A DNA stretch of 52,191 nt, taken from Candidatus Thorarchaeota archaeon (GTDB taxonomy: Archaea > Asgardarchaeota > Thorarchaeia > Thorarchaeales > Thorarchaeaceae). Below are positions 16,588-26,094 of the stretch, piece by piece. A program made the position numbers and the translations under genes. The notes beneath the pieces were generated by a model. The model ran no database searches and was not told the origin of the DNA. It saw only the letters and a program-made list of their open reading frames with translations. The first letter of the stretch is position 1; each line of letters begins with the position of its first letter. The DNA is taken from positions 1 through 52,191 of the forward strand of contig DXJO01000044.1 in the NCBI GenBank assembly GCA_019057475.1, in the 5' to 3' direction.

Positions 16588-17624
16588 TCACAATACCCCT
16601 CCTCAGTTGGTACTATCCTGTCCTTTATCCATTTGATATTAATCGGAATTTTGATTGCTTCTCTTTTGTTTTGACGCTCATCAATAACTCTCACCGCGAA
16701 TTCAATTGGCTCGTAATCATTTTGCAATGAATCTTGATATCGAAAACGCAACCCAACATTTTCAGTTGCTTGTGTGATATGCATCTCAGGACTTCCTTGT
16801 TTCAGCTGAACATCATCTGTAGGAAATCTGTCGAAATAGAATAGCAGTGAATCAATCAGGATATTCTCCATTTGTCTTGAGAGGAGTTCTTTCAACATAT
16901 CTGTATTTTCAGGGTTGCCTATCCATTCTCTGAAATCATCAAGATCGTGCTCATCTAAGTCTAAAGGTAACTCACCCTTATTTAGTCTATCAGCGTAAGT
17001 CTGGACCTCACGTTCCAACCACTTAGGGTCAATCCTGATTGGTCGCTCATTCAGTTCTTCATCCGGCGTTTCTTTGAAGATTGATAACAGCCGACCTATA
17101 AGCTCTCTATAGAGGGATTCGGGATTAGTTTCGAAACCACCTCCGATGTTGAAATCAATTGAGATATTCACCTTCCCAAACCCATAGAGCTTCATAGTTA
17201 TCTGAACTAACCTACTCAGATTTGTGTCATCAGATAGGGTTACGAATTCGGGACACTCTAGAAGTTCTAATTTAGGTCTATAGAAGTGGGCTCTCATTTT
17301 TTGTTCTATCGTCGGTTCCCCTTCCTTGAAAAATGACACCGTGAAGTCATTGATAAGATGTAGATTGGAAAACAAGCTTTTGGTGGCAATTGTGAAACCA
17401 AAGAACCCTTGACTTTTAAGCTTGGTAATTCTTACACCATTTTCTTCTTCAGTATGAGACTCTACATTGTAAAACTGCTTGATTTCAAGGTCTGTTGGTA
17501 GATTAACGACAATGTGGTCATAGATATGCTTGGAGTCCCAAATTAGATGAACAGGTACTTCTTCAAGGGGAAGGGCCCATGGAGCAACATAGCATGAGAG
17601 ATCCATCTCGATAATCCTCCACAT
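16584..17624 (-). CDS. Hypothetical acidic protein
   Basis: 346-aa ORF with AT-rich codons; no family recognised. Confidence 0.7.
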   Translation of the reverse strand: MWRIIEMDLSCYVAPWALPLEEVPVHLIWDSKHIYDHIVVNLPTDLEIKQFYNVESHTEEENGVRITKLKSQGFFGFTIATKSLFSNLHLINDFTVSFFKEGEPTIEQKMRAHFYRPKLELLECPEFVTLSDDTNLSRLVQITMKLYGFGKVNISIDFNIGGGFETNPESLYRELIGRLLSIFKETPDEELNERPIRIDPKWLEREVQTYADRLNKGELPLDLDEHDLDDFREWIGNPENTDMLKELLSRQMENILIDSLLFYFDRFPTDDVQLKQGSPEMHITQATENVGLRFRYQDSLQNDYEPIEFAVRVIDERQNKREAIKIPINIKWIKDRIVPTEEGYCD

Positions 17625-17725
17625 TCGTCAAACCACGATGAAAATGGTTACAATGTACGGTCCTTTTCAACCCTCTTAAACTTCTCGTAGAATGGATAAT
17701 GATGTCTTAGAGGAATTTATTAGGG

Positions 17726-17971
17726 ATGGAAGAGCACTCACTCTTGGTGAAAATTATGAGTGGTAAGGCCATGGGATTGATGATTCAGGTTATCATCCTG
17801 CTGATAATATTCCTTATGATAGGGTCTGTCTTGTCCTGGACAGTCTTGGACCCGAATCTGACTTGGGACCAGAGAATGGTTGGTGCGGGCATCGCAGTGG
17901 TAGCCATTGCCATCCTTCTTGGTGTAACTGTCAAGTGTGTCTTCAAGGGCGGACGAATGACAATCGGCTAG
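17726..17971 (+). CDS. Small two-TM membrane protein
   Basis: Two long hydrophobic segments. Confidence 0.6.
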   Translation: MEEHSLLVKIMSGKAMGLMIQVIILLIIFLMIGSVLSWTVLDPNLTWDQRMVGAGIAVVAIAILLGVTVKCVFKGGRMTIG

Positions 17972-17984
17972 GAGGTACGGTTTC

Positions 17985-18212
17985 ATGGCTCAAGTGTTGC
18001 AAATCATTGGTATAGTAATTGCAAAGACAATCAAGTACTGGGGAATGCCATTACTTGGTGCACTACTAATGCTCGGATTCGGCTGGGTTTCTTATGGTAC
18101 ATTAGTTTGGCTAGAAGCCTTGGTAGTATTCCTTTTGGTCTTCATGGTCAACTATGCATTGTTGTGGCGACGGAAAATTCCTGCAGGAAAGTACAGCCAC
18201 GTAGTGAATTAA
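17985..18212 (+). CDS. Small membrane protein
   Basis: SD GGAGGT upstream; two hydrophobic helices followed by WRRK. Confidence 0.6.
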   Translation: MAQVLQIIGIVIAKTIKYWGMPLLGALLMLGFGWVSYGTLVWLEALVVFLLVFMVNYALLWRRKIPAGKYSHVVN

Positions 18213-18316
18213 GCACTTCACTCATCCATAATCCTTCTACTCACTGAACGCATCTCGAATTGCATCAATGATTACAAGTAGTTGTTCCTCGGGATCTAGG
18301 CCCTCTCAATCTTTTT

Positions 18317-19444
18317 CTACTCAGCCAACGCCCGAGTAAGCGCTGTCATAATCATATCAGCATCCCATTCAGCTTTGATAGCCTTGCCACCGCCTACACC
18401 ACGAGTCAGGTCTTTCATCTTTTTGGCAGTGATGTGTCTCGACAACTCTCGTTTGAGAGCATCTATCATGGACTCTTGACGGTCCACTTCCAGATAGCGC
18501 AGAGCACTGCGGTACTTCTCCTTGAGTAATGATATGGCGTCCTCGTCAATGTCGGCCAATCCACTGTATCGAGCAGGCATTTTGTCTAGTCCCGCCTTGT
18601 GTCCCATCAGGTATTCAGCCTCGGCTTCATCGAGTGCTCGGCCAATGTTCTTTCTGAAGTACTTGCGCAGGCCATACACTCGAAATCGCTTGAATGATTC
18701 GCCAGTGGGGTGCTTACCAGTGATGTTATCGACCAGACGGTTGAAGTAGCATCTCAAAGTGTTCGTCAACAAAGGCATCCCCGTTATGCTGACCACGTAG
18801 GACTTGGCTTTGAATCTCTCGCCTTTGGACCGTCTAAGATCTAAAAGCTGTTTCAGATACTTAGTGCCTTCGGGGGACAAGAAGGTGACGTACCAATCTC
18901 CTGTCTTTCGTTGCTTGAGCTTGATTGATAGGATATCATCATTCTGCGACAAAGACCTGCTGATGTTCTCGTATCTAAGGTTACAAACATCGACTGGCCT
19001 CATTCCGCTGTAAGCTATCAATGAGAATGCGACCTTGTATTTGAGCTTGGCCTGTCCGAGAATCATCTTCAGTACATCCTTGTTTGGAATGTAGTCGAAG
19101 TAGACTCTACTCTTTGGGATGTCCCGCGGCTTGATTCGGATATGCTTTCTGTTGTCACCGAACCACCTGCAAAGGGCATTCCAAGCCTGCTTGAGGGTGT
19201 TACCGGATAGGGGATCGAAGTCCCTGCCTAATTTCTTCGACATAACGAAGTGATATTCACTCTGCAAGTACAGCAGAAAGTCTTCCATTCTGTCTTCTGT
19301 CTTCTCTAGGTCCCATTTCAATGTGGCATTGGGGCTGGCTTCGCAATATTCACAGAACCTTTCAACCCAATCGACATAGATACCTTTGGTCTTAGGGTTC
19401 CGGATTCGTTTCTTCCATCTTATCCATTTGTCTTTTGACGACAT
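18317..19444 (-). CDS. Tyrosine recombinase/integrase
   Basis: YSGMRPVD (R), QRKTG (K), YGLRKYF (H/YxxR), YLMGH and ARY (catalytic Tyr); full length and not split. Confidence 0.92.
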   Translation of the reverse strand: MSSKDKWIRWKKRIRNPKTKGIYVDWVERFCEYCEASPNATLKWDLEKTEDRMEDFLLYLQSEYHFVMSKKLGRDFDPLSGNTLKQAWNALCRWFGDNRKHIRIKPRDIPKSRVYFDYIPNKDVLKMILGQAKLKYKVAFSLIAYSGMRPVDVCNLRYENISRSLSQNDDILSIKLKQRKTGDWYVTFLSPEGTKYLKQLLDLRRSKGERFKAKSYVVSITGMPLLTNTLRCYFNRLVDNITGKHPTGESFKRFRVYGLRKYFRKNIGRALDEAEAEYLMGHKAGLDKMPARYSGLADIDEDAISLLKEKYRSALRYLEVDRQESMIDALKRELSRHITAKKMKDLTRGVGGGKAIKAEWDADMIMTALTRALAE

Positions 19445-19663
19445 AGTGTTTCAATTAGTAACTAGACGCAAGGCCATATAGACTTACCTAATAGGGGGAT
19501 ATTTCCGGCTCCTTATTAAATGATAGCGTGACATTGACGTTGCCGAGCTTCATAGCGCCTGACTAATGTTGTTCAGCGCAGTAGATTCGTAGACATCTTA
19601 ATCCAAGTACAGTAGAAATTTTAAGGCATGTTCCCAATGTGGAGATGCTTGCGATGTGAGAGG

Positions 19664-20200
19664 ATGACTACAGCGGCTTATAGATTCAAGATTGTCATGC
19701 TGGGAGATGGTGCAGTAGGCAAGACAGCACTGACCACGCGCTTCACTCAGGACAGCTTCGAAGCCGATTACAAGCGGACAATCGGTGCGGATTTTGCAAT
19801 CAAACGAGTGAATCTTCCTGAGAGGAATGTGATTGTATCGCTTGCAGTTTGGGATCTCGCCGGGCAGCCGCGTTTCGAAGTCGTAAGACAGTCGTTCTAT
19901 CGTGGTGCTCGGGGCGGGCTATTGGTATTTGATGTGACAAGACGCAGAACCTTCCTTAACATAGAACGCTGGAAAGAAGAAGCGTTCAAGGCGCTGGGAA
20001 CTGAAATTCCACTGGTGATTGTAGCCAACAAGGTAGACCTTGTCGATGATCGTGTTGTGACCACCAAGGAGGGGAAGAAGTACGCCAAATCAAAAGGTCA
20101 CGTGTATGTTGAATCAAGCGCTCTCACAGGTGAAAATGTTGAGGAGTCATACTCCACACTCTGCAGAACAATGATGGACTCAACTAAGAAGTCCATGTGA
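19664..20200 (+). CDS. Rab-like small GTPase
   Basis: GDGAVGKT, TIGADF, WDLAGQPRF, SFYRGA, NKVD, ESSAL; no C-terminal Cys prenylation motif. Likely start at 19664. Confidence 0.95.
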   Translation: MTTAAYRFKIVMLGDGAVGKTALTTRFTQDSFEADYKRTIGADFAIKRVNLPERNVIVSLAVWDLAGQPRFEVVRQSFYRGARGGLLVFDVTRRRTFLNIERWKEEAFKALGTEIPLVIVANKVDLVDDRVVTTKEGKKYAKSKGHVYVESSALTGENVEESYSTLCRTMMDSTKKSM

Positions 20201-20209
20201 GCAGCATTC

Positions 20210-21340
20210 CTAGCGCATTCTACGAACTGCCGCCTTGAGTAGACCAAGAGCTTTTTTGCATTGCCATTGAGCATAGAAGACACGCTTATCGCGGAGTGTC
20301 CCCTCATCGTATTGAGCTCGAATCTCATTGAATTTGGCTATCATCTCATCTTTACGAGTAAGCTCGGGGTCAGCCTTGATTTCCTCAAGGAGTTCCTCAA
20401 ATGGGCGTAATACAACCGCGAGCTCCTTGATATCCCAGCGGATAATGGCTCCTGAACCGTCAGCAGTTATGAATGAGAGGTCGCCCGGAATGCACTCGAG
20501 TCCATCAATCTCACTCAAGGTCGTTGCTGTACCCTCAATCGAATTGCTCTCCAGAGACCAGACGTAGAGGTCTTTGTCGCCGGAACCCGATGCGAGCAGT
20601 TTGCTATCGCTACTGAAAGTGAGGCATCTCACTTCATCGGAATGGCCCTGAAGCATGCAATCATTCTTGAGGGGGTGGCTCTCAGCATCCCACAGGATTA
20701 TGCTGTGGTCCGAGGACCCTGATGCCAAGAACTGTCCATCTGGTGAGAATACGACATCTAGTACCGCTGCGCGATGATCTATGTGTTCAGCTGTCATCTT
20801 GCCGCTGCTGGGATCCCACTCATGGATTGTGGCATCGACGCCTCCAGAGACTATTCTGTCACCTTGGGGAGACCAATCAGATGATACAACGTAGAGAGAA
20901 TGGCCCTTGAGGTGATGAATCTTGAATTTATCATCAACATCCCATACAATGAGTGTTGTATCGCCGCTCCCGGACACAATCATATCACCGTCTGGAGAGA
21001 AGGACAGTGCAAGTACAGGATACGTATGACCCTCAAATCGAGCAATTACATCTCCGGTCTTTATGTCCCAAAGCTTCACAACGCGATCTACGCCGCCAGA
21101 AGCAACAATATCCCCTCGAGGACTGAATGCCAACGAGGTACATAGACACTCGTCCTGCATTCTCTGAACCTCATCTCCGTTCCGCACGTCGAGTAAACGT
21201 ATGGTCTTATCCTGAAGCGCAGTCGCAAGAAGACGACCAACCTTGTTCATGATTAGTCGTCGAGTTATCTCTGAACCGCGCTTAGCTGGGGGCTTGAGCA
21301 CATTCGGCTGTAGAAAGAGGGAAAGGTCCATGGACTCCAT
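20210..21340 (-). CDS. WD40-repeat beta-propeller protein with helical C-terminus
   Basis: About seven GH...FSPDG...SGSxDxT...WD repeats. Confidence 0.93.
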   Translation of the reverse strand: MESMDLSLFLQPNVLKPPAKRGSEITRRLIMNKVGRLLATALQDKTIRLLDVRNGDEVQRMQDECLCTSLAFSPRGDIVASGGVDRVVKLWDIKTGDVIARFEGHTYPVLALSFSPDGDMIVSGSGDTTLIVWDVDDKFKIHHLKGHSLYVVSSDWSPQGDRIVSGGVDATIHEWDPSSGKMTAEHIDHRAAVLDVVFSPDGQFLASGSSDHSIILWDAESHPLKNDCMLQGHSDEVRCLTFSSDSKLLASGSGDKDLYVWSLESNSIEGTATTLSEIDGLECIPGDLSFITADGSGAIIRWDIKELAVVLRPFEELLEEIKADPELTRKDEMIAKFNEIRAQYDEGTLRDKRVFYAQWQCKKALGLLKAAVRRMR

Positions 21341-21422
21341 CTATTTCACTCACAGAACTAGTTCTCGGGCGCTCCACTCTTTGCTAGTGCTAAAAAGGTT
21401 GTGCGAATGCATCGCGATTAGA

Positions 21423-22700
21423 ATGCGCTTCCTGCTAGTAAGGGTTAAATTCGAAGCTGATTCCAACACACTAACAGGGGGGCTCACCGTACCCGAAGAA
21501 AGGTCAAGATCTCTTGGCAGGTCGATAGGCGGCACAGACGCACTACGAAAGCTGAAGAGAGTCGTGAAGAAGATTATGGGGCCAGGTCAGGACAAGTTAG
21601 CCCTAGCTGTTTCTCGACTAGAATCAATACAGGCCTGCAGAAACATGTCCCTCACTGGGGATGATGACCAGAAGATCCTCGCAGTATGTCGTCTTGCTGA
21701 GTACGGCTCTGAAGCTTTTGAATCGCTCGAGCTTGTGCTTCATGACGATAGCGAGAAGGTTCGCGTTACAGCAGTTGGCATGATTGGATACCTGGACGAC
21801 CTACGAGGCATCCAAGCTCTTCAGCCAATGACTAACGACTCAAGTGGCAATGTCCAGTGGATGACTCAGTACTCAATCCAAAAGCTATGGGAATCGCCGG
21901 CTGAGCCCGAAGTTCGTACAATTGCTAGAGAGGTGAAGACAGCCGAGGTCAGGTTCGTGCTCGACGAGCCAATGCCATTGTACTATGCTGACAACGTGAT
22001 AGTTGACCACCAATATTCAATCGCGGCAAACAGCTTTTCCTTCATCCTAGGTGTGCACAACCAGTCAAGCGAACCCCTTCAAGATGTGACTGTGGCCATA
22101 CTGGCATTCCCCTCTGGGAGTCTCAAAGCTCCCAAGAAGCGAATCGTGAAGATTAGGGAAATTCCAATCGCAGATAGGATAACGCTTGAGTTCAACATGC
22201 CGATCTTTAGGGAGTCCATCGAAGGCGAAATTGTAACTGCTGTGCGGTTCACGGATACCAAGGGCGATAGAATCGCGGCAAAGGCAGGACACTGTTTTGT
22301 GCGGTCTTTCTTCGAGCACTTAGAACCCAAGAAGACCACATCAGAAGAATTTCTCAAAGCCAAGAGGGGGATGAAATACTGGAATAGAGAACACGTTGTC
22401 GAGGTAGAACCGCAGAAGTTACTGAATCTCCTGGAGAATGTCATGGAGAACAAGAATCTCTACGTATTCCGATCTGAAACCGCGGAACGCGAAGGAATGC
22501 TCATGGGCCTAATGGCAGGAATGGGACGAGGACAGTTCGGAGGAGCATTGATAGCCATTGCACTCACACTTGTGGGCTATAGGGATGATAACCTCTCAAA
22601 ACTGAGAATTGATATTTACGCAGAAGATGTGGAATTCCTTCACACTGCAGCAAGTCAGCTTTTCGAGAGTATTCAGAAGCGAATCCTCGGAACTGAGTAG
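21423..22700 (+). CDS. HEAT-repeat protein with adaptin/coatomer appendage-like C-terminal region
   Basis: HEAT units (LHDDSEKVRVTAVGMIG, MTNDSSGNVQW), then a beta-sandwich (FILGVHNQSSEPLQDVTV) and a platform-like region (FFEHLEPKKTTSEEF). Start codon uncertain. Confidence 0.6.
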   Translation: MRFLLVRVKFEADSNTLTGGLTVPEERSRSLGRSIGGTDALRKLKRVVKKIMGPGQDKLALAVSRLESIQACRNMSLTGDDDQKILAVCRLAEYGSEAFESLELVLHDDSEKVRVTAVGMIGYLDDLRGIQALQPMTNDSSGNVQWMTQYSIQKLWESPAEPEVRTIAREVKTAEVRFVLDEPMPLYYADNVIVDHQYSIAANSFSFILGVHNQSSEPLQDVTVAILAFPSGSLKAPKKRIVKIREIPIADRITLEFNMPIFRESIEGEIVTAVRFTDTKGDRIAAKAGHCFVRSFFEHLEPKKTTSEEFLKAKRGMKYWNREHVVEVEPQKLLNLLENVMENKNLYVFRSETAEREGMLMGLMAGMGRGQFGGALIAIALTLVGYRDDNLSKLRIDIYAEDVEFLHTAASQLFESIQKRILGTE

Positions 22701-22705
22701 TATCT

Positions 22706-23272
22706 CTATACCAGCCCGCCAGCCTCTAGAATTTTAATTGCTAGCTCTAGAAATGCTGCCTCCACATTTTCGCCGGTTTTTGCAGAGGTTTCCATGAATG
22801 ATGAAGTAGTGCCCTGTGCTGCAATGTAGTCTGACAACGCCTGCCCCTCCTCAGTTGTGACCATCATCGACTTCATCGCGGGATTATCAATGAACTGATC
22901 TCGGAGGTCAATCTTGTTGCCAATCAGCACAACCGGAATCTTCTTGCCTGTATTCTTCCAGCACTCCTCCAGCCAGTTCTTCATGTTGTCGAAGGACGAG
23001 CGCTCCACCGTGGAGTAGACAGCCAGTGCACCCTGGGAGCCTCTGTAGAATGTAGAACGTACACTCTTGAAGTGGTCTTGACCTGCAAGATCCCAGATCT
23101 GTATGCTAACATTGTGCCCACCAGCGAGTTCCATCCGCTTGACTGCAAAATCAGCTCCAATCGTAATCATATAGTTGGCTCTGAATCCTTCACCCATGTA
23201 GGTTAAGCGCAGGCTTGTCTTCCCGACAGAACCATCGCCCATGAGTACAACTTTGAAGAGTGCGGTGACCAT
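22706..23272 (-). CDS. Rab-like small GTPase
   Basis: GDGSVGKT, TIGADF, WDLAGQ, NKID, ETSAKTG. Confidence 0.95.
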   Translation of the reverse strand: MVTALFKVVLMGDGSVGKTSLRLTYMGEGFRANYMITIGADFAVKRMELAGGHNVSIQIWDLAGQDHFKSVRSTFYRGSQGALAVYSTVERSSFDNMKNWLEECWKNTGKKIPVVLIGNKIDLRDQFIDNPAMKSMMVTTEEGQALSDYIAAQGTTSSFMETSAKTGENVEAAFLELAIKILEAGGLV

Positions 23273-23530
23273 GGTTTAAGCTCCTCTCCTGGGGGTACAG
23301 TGTAGCGCTAGTGAATATTCCGGGCATTTTAATCTATGCCGAGTAGACGATACAGGCACTGGAACAGGGGTTTTTGGGGGTCTCTTACTTTCGGGAACCA
23401 GTCCGCCTCGGTGGTGTTCCCTCAGACGGACTGAAACCGTACGAAAAGACCACAACAAGACGCATCATTGTAGTGATGCCGGACTAGTCCTGAGACCGCA
23501 CGCCAACAATACCGGTGCGAGATGAAGCCA

Positions 23531-23806
23531 GTGGGAAGAACAGTACGGACATTCAGAAACGCTGTCGACATAGAAGAGGCTCGTTGGAAGCAGTTCAAAC
23601 GCACTCTTAGACCCTCACAGAAGAAGTACTTGGACCGCATCTTCGAGAGTGCAAGGAAGTCAGCAGACGCAGGCACAATGATAGTCACACCGCGCATCGC
23701 AGAGGTGGTCCTCTTCTCGGCAATCATGGAGCTGCTCAAGGAGCTTGATCGCTTGAGAGAGAAGGTCGCAGAGATTGAGCAGCAGATGAAGGAGACTACC
23801 CCCTAA
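23531..23806 (+). CDS. PolB2-associated small protein (PPB2-like)
   Basis: (M)GRTVRTFR...WKQFKRTLR...LDRIFESAR pattern, coupled to polB2 (TAATG). Likely GTG start at 23531. Confidence 0.75.
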   Translation: MGRTVRTFRNAVDIEEARWKQFKRTLRPSQKKYLDRIFESARKSADAGTMIVTPRIAEVVLFSAIMELLKELDRLREKVAEIEQQMKETTP

Positions 23807-26079
23807 TGAAGATGGAGGGGTGGCTTCTCGATGCCAGTGTGGACAAGGGGAATCGGGCACTCACACTCTGGATAAAGGTAGGAAAAAAGACACGAGGCTA
23901 CACATACCACAAGTTCCACCCCTCTGTATTCGTCCGAACTGACCTACTTGACGACCCGAAGTGGTCTGACATAGGTGCTCTGAAGACAGTACTGGAACAC
24001 CCTGACGTGACAGGGACAGCCATTGTTCGCAAATTTGTCAGCGTCTACGATGAGCAACCTAAACGGGTCTTACAGGTGTTCACGACACCAGATATGCACT
24101 GGAAGGTTGCGAGAGACCTCGAAACACTGCCCGGGGCAACTGTATTCCACTCAGACCTCAATCCGGTACAGCAGTTCTTCATCACTAACGAGATATTTCC
24201 ATTCGGGCGAGTGGAGTTTGAGTTGGAGGGCAGTACAGTCACCGAGATCAAATGCCTTGACAGACGAGAGGATGTCGAGTATGAAACTCCCGAACTGGAA
24301 GAGATGGGGATTGAGGTCTTCATTGATACCCAGAGCATCTTCCCAGCAATGGAGGACCCAATACATCACATCGATGTCTATCACCGAGGCGAATTGACAC
24401 TCATTCAGAACGATGACGAGCGGGAAACTCTCCTAGAACTTCAGAAGGTAGTTGACAGAATTGACCCGGACGTGATAGTCACCCGGGGGGGTGATGAGCA
24501 TCTGTTCGAGTACCTCACGACACGCGCTCATCTGAACAATGTGAAGCTCGCCTTCTCGCGCGATGGTACTATCCTCAACATCGTACGCAAGGAATCTCAA
24601 TCGTTCTGGCAATACAACCAGGTCGTCTACAGAGCAGGCAATCAAGTGATGCTCAATGGCAGAATCCACATCGACCGCAGAGAGAGTCAGTACTACTCGC
24701 CCTCGGGTATGGAGGGAGTGATTGAGGGCTGCAGGTTGGCGTTCGCTCAACCTCAGAGAGTTGCTCGAATGTCAATTGGTAGTGTCAATGCGGCCGTGCA
24801 GTACTATACTGCCCACAAAATGGGAATCCTAATACCACCCGTCAAACGCAACCCTGAGTTCCTCAAGTCTGTGAACGAGCTTGCATCCATAGATCGAGGG
24901 GGGCTGATTCTTCAACCAAGGCCCGGCGTCTACGAGAACGTAGCAGAATGTGATTTTTCATCGATGTACCCCACATTGATGGTCACTAGAAACATCAGTC
25001 CTGAAACAATCTGTACGCGGACACAGTGCCCCTACGATTACGAGTACTGTATCGAAGTTCCAGACCTACGATTTCGACTCTGCAGTCGTAGAAGAGGAAT
25101 TGTTGCAGAGGCATTGGAGATTGTGGTCAAGAAACGCGATGCGTTCAAGAAACTGATTGAGAAAGGCCATGACACACGGAAGTATGAACTGATGCAGAAC
25201 ACACTGAAAGGCGTGCTAGTCTCATGTTTCGGTTACCTTGGTTTCAAGAATGCTAAATTCGGCAGAGTTGAGGCACACACTGCTGTAACTGCTTTTGCGC
25301 GCGATGTCATGCTCAAGACACAAGAGATTGGCGAGGCCATGGGCTTCAAGATAATCCATGGTATTGTGGACTCGCTATGGATTCAATCGGATGAAGAGAT
25401 TGCATATGACAAGGTAGTGGAGTTCTGCAGACGTGTCACAGAAGCGGTCGATATCAAAATGTCCCCGAAAGGGGTCTACAGATGGATGGTCATTCCTTCA
25501 TCAAGAATTCATCCGTCTATAGCACCGTTGAACCGCTACTATGGCGTCTTCAAGAATGGAGGTATCAAGACTCGTGGAATAGAAACTAGACGCCGTGACA
25601 CCTGTCTCTTTGTAGGCGACTGCCAGAAAGTGATGATCAAGACACTTGCCCATGCCCTGAACAAGAAGGAGTTCTTAGAACAAATACCGGCAGCCTATGC
25701 TGTGTGTAGAGAGTATATCGAGAGGTTGTATCGTGGAAACGTCGACCTCAGAGACCTCGTCTTGCATGCCCGACTCACTAGAGAACCCGGTGAATATCGT
25801 ACCACATCAAGGGCATCGGTGGTGGCTCAACAGCTCATCAAATCAGGTAGAGAGCTGCATGCGGGACAGAAAGTGCATTACGTCTTGGTAGATGAGGATG
25901 CCAAAAGCCCCATTCGAAGAGTCAAGGCGTTGGAACTCTTTGATGAAACAACGAGATATGATCCTGAAGCGTATGCTCAGCTTTGCATCAGAGCATTTGA
26001 GAATCTAATACCTGCTCAGCATCTTCAAGAATCGCACCTCGAGGATGTAGACCAGCTCACACCATACCTATCTCAATAG
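23806..26079 (+). CDS. polB2: Family B DNA polymerase, PolB2 group
   Basis: DFSSMYP; KGVLVSCFGYLG; HGIVDS in place of YGDTDS; KTRGIE; degenerate exonuclease motifs. Confidence 0.9.
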   Translation: MKMEGWLLDASVDKGNRALTLWIKVGKKTRGYTYHKFHPSVFVRTDLLDDPKWSDIGALKTVLEHPDVTGTAIVRKFVSVYDEQPKRVLQVFTTPDMHWKVARDLETLPGATVFHSDLNPVQQFFITNEIFPFGRVEFELEGSTVTEIKCLDRREDVEYETPELEEMGIEVFIDTQSIFPAMEDPIHHIDVYHRGELTLIQNDDERETLLELQKVVDRIDPDVIVTRGGDEHLFEYLTTRAHLNNVKLAFSRDGTILNIVRKESQSFWQYNQVVYRAGNQVMLNGRIHIDRRESQYYSPSGMEGVIEGCRLAFAQPQRVARMSIGSVNAAVQYYTAHKMGILIPPVKRNPEFLKSVNELASIDRGGLILQPRPGVYENVAECDFSSMYPTLMVTRNISPETICTRTQCPYDYEYCIEVPDLRFRLCSRRRGIVAEALEIVVKKRDAFKKLIEKGHDTRKYELMQNTLKGVLVSCFGYLGFKNAKFGRVEAHTAVTAFARDVMLKTQEIGEAMGFKIIHGIVDSLWIQSDEEIAYDKVVEFCRRVTEAVDIKMSPKGVYRWMVIPSSRIHPSIAPLNRYYGVFKNGGIKTRGIETRRRDTCLFVGDCQKVMIKTLAHALNKKEFLEQIPAAYAVCREYIERLYRGNVDLRDLVLHARLTREPGEYRTTSRASVVAQQLIKSGRELHAGQKVHYVLVDEDAKSPIRRVKALELFDETTRYDPEAYAQLCIRAFENLIPAQHLQESHLEDVDQLTPYLSQ

Positions 26080-26094
26080 GGGCGCAAGCAAATC

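Larger units (their letters stand above)
3117..19530. mobile_element. Integrated plasmid-like element (~16 kb) with tyrosine integrase
   Basis: tRNA 3' remnant at the left and integrase at the right, with SF3 helicase, ParB-like, PCNA-like and many small overlapping ORFs between. It looks more AT-rich than the host genes that resume at 19.6 kb. The right boundary is approximate. Confidence 0.8.

Noticed and set aside
3117-19530. Complete provirus or conjugative element
   Set aside because: No recognisable capsid, terminase, portal, packaging ATPase, VirB4 or relaxase, although divergent ones could be missed by eye.
23806-26079. Mobile-element or novel polymerase
   Set aside because: The HGIVDS motif and upstream PPB2-like gene match the known chromosomal PolB2 group.
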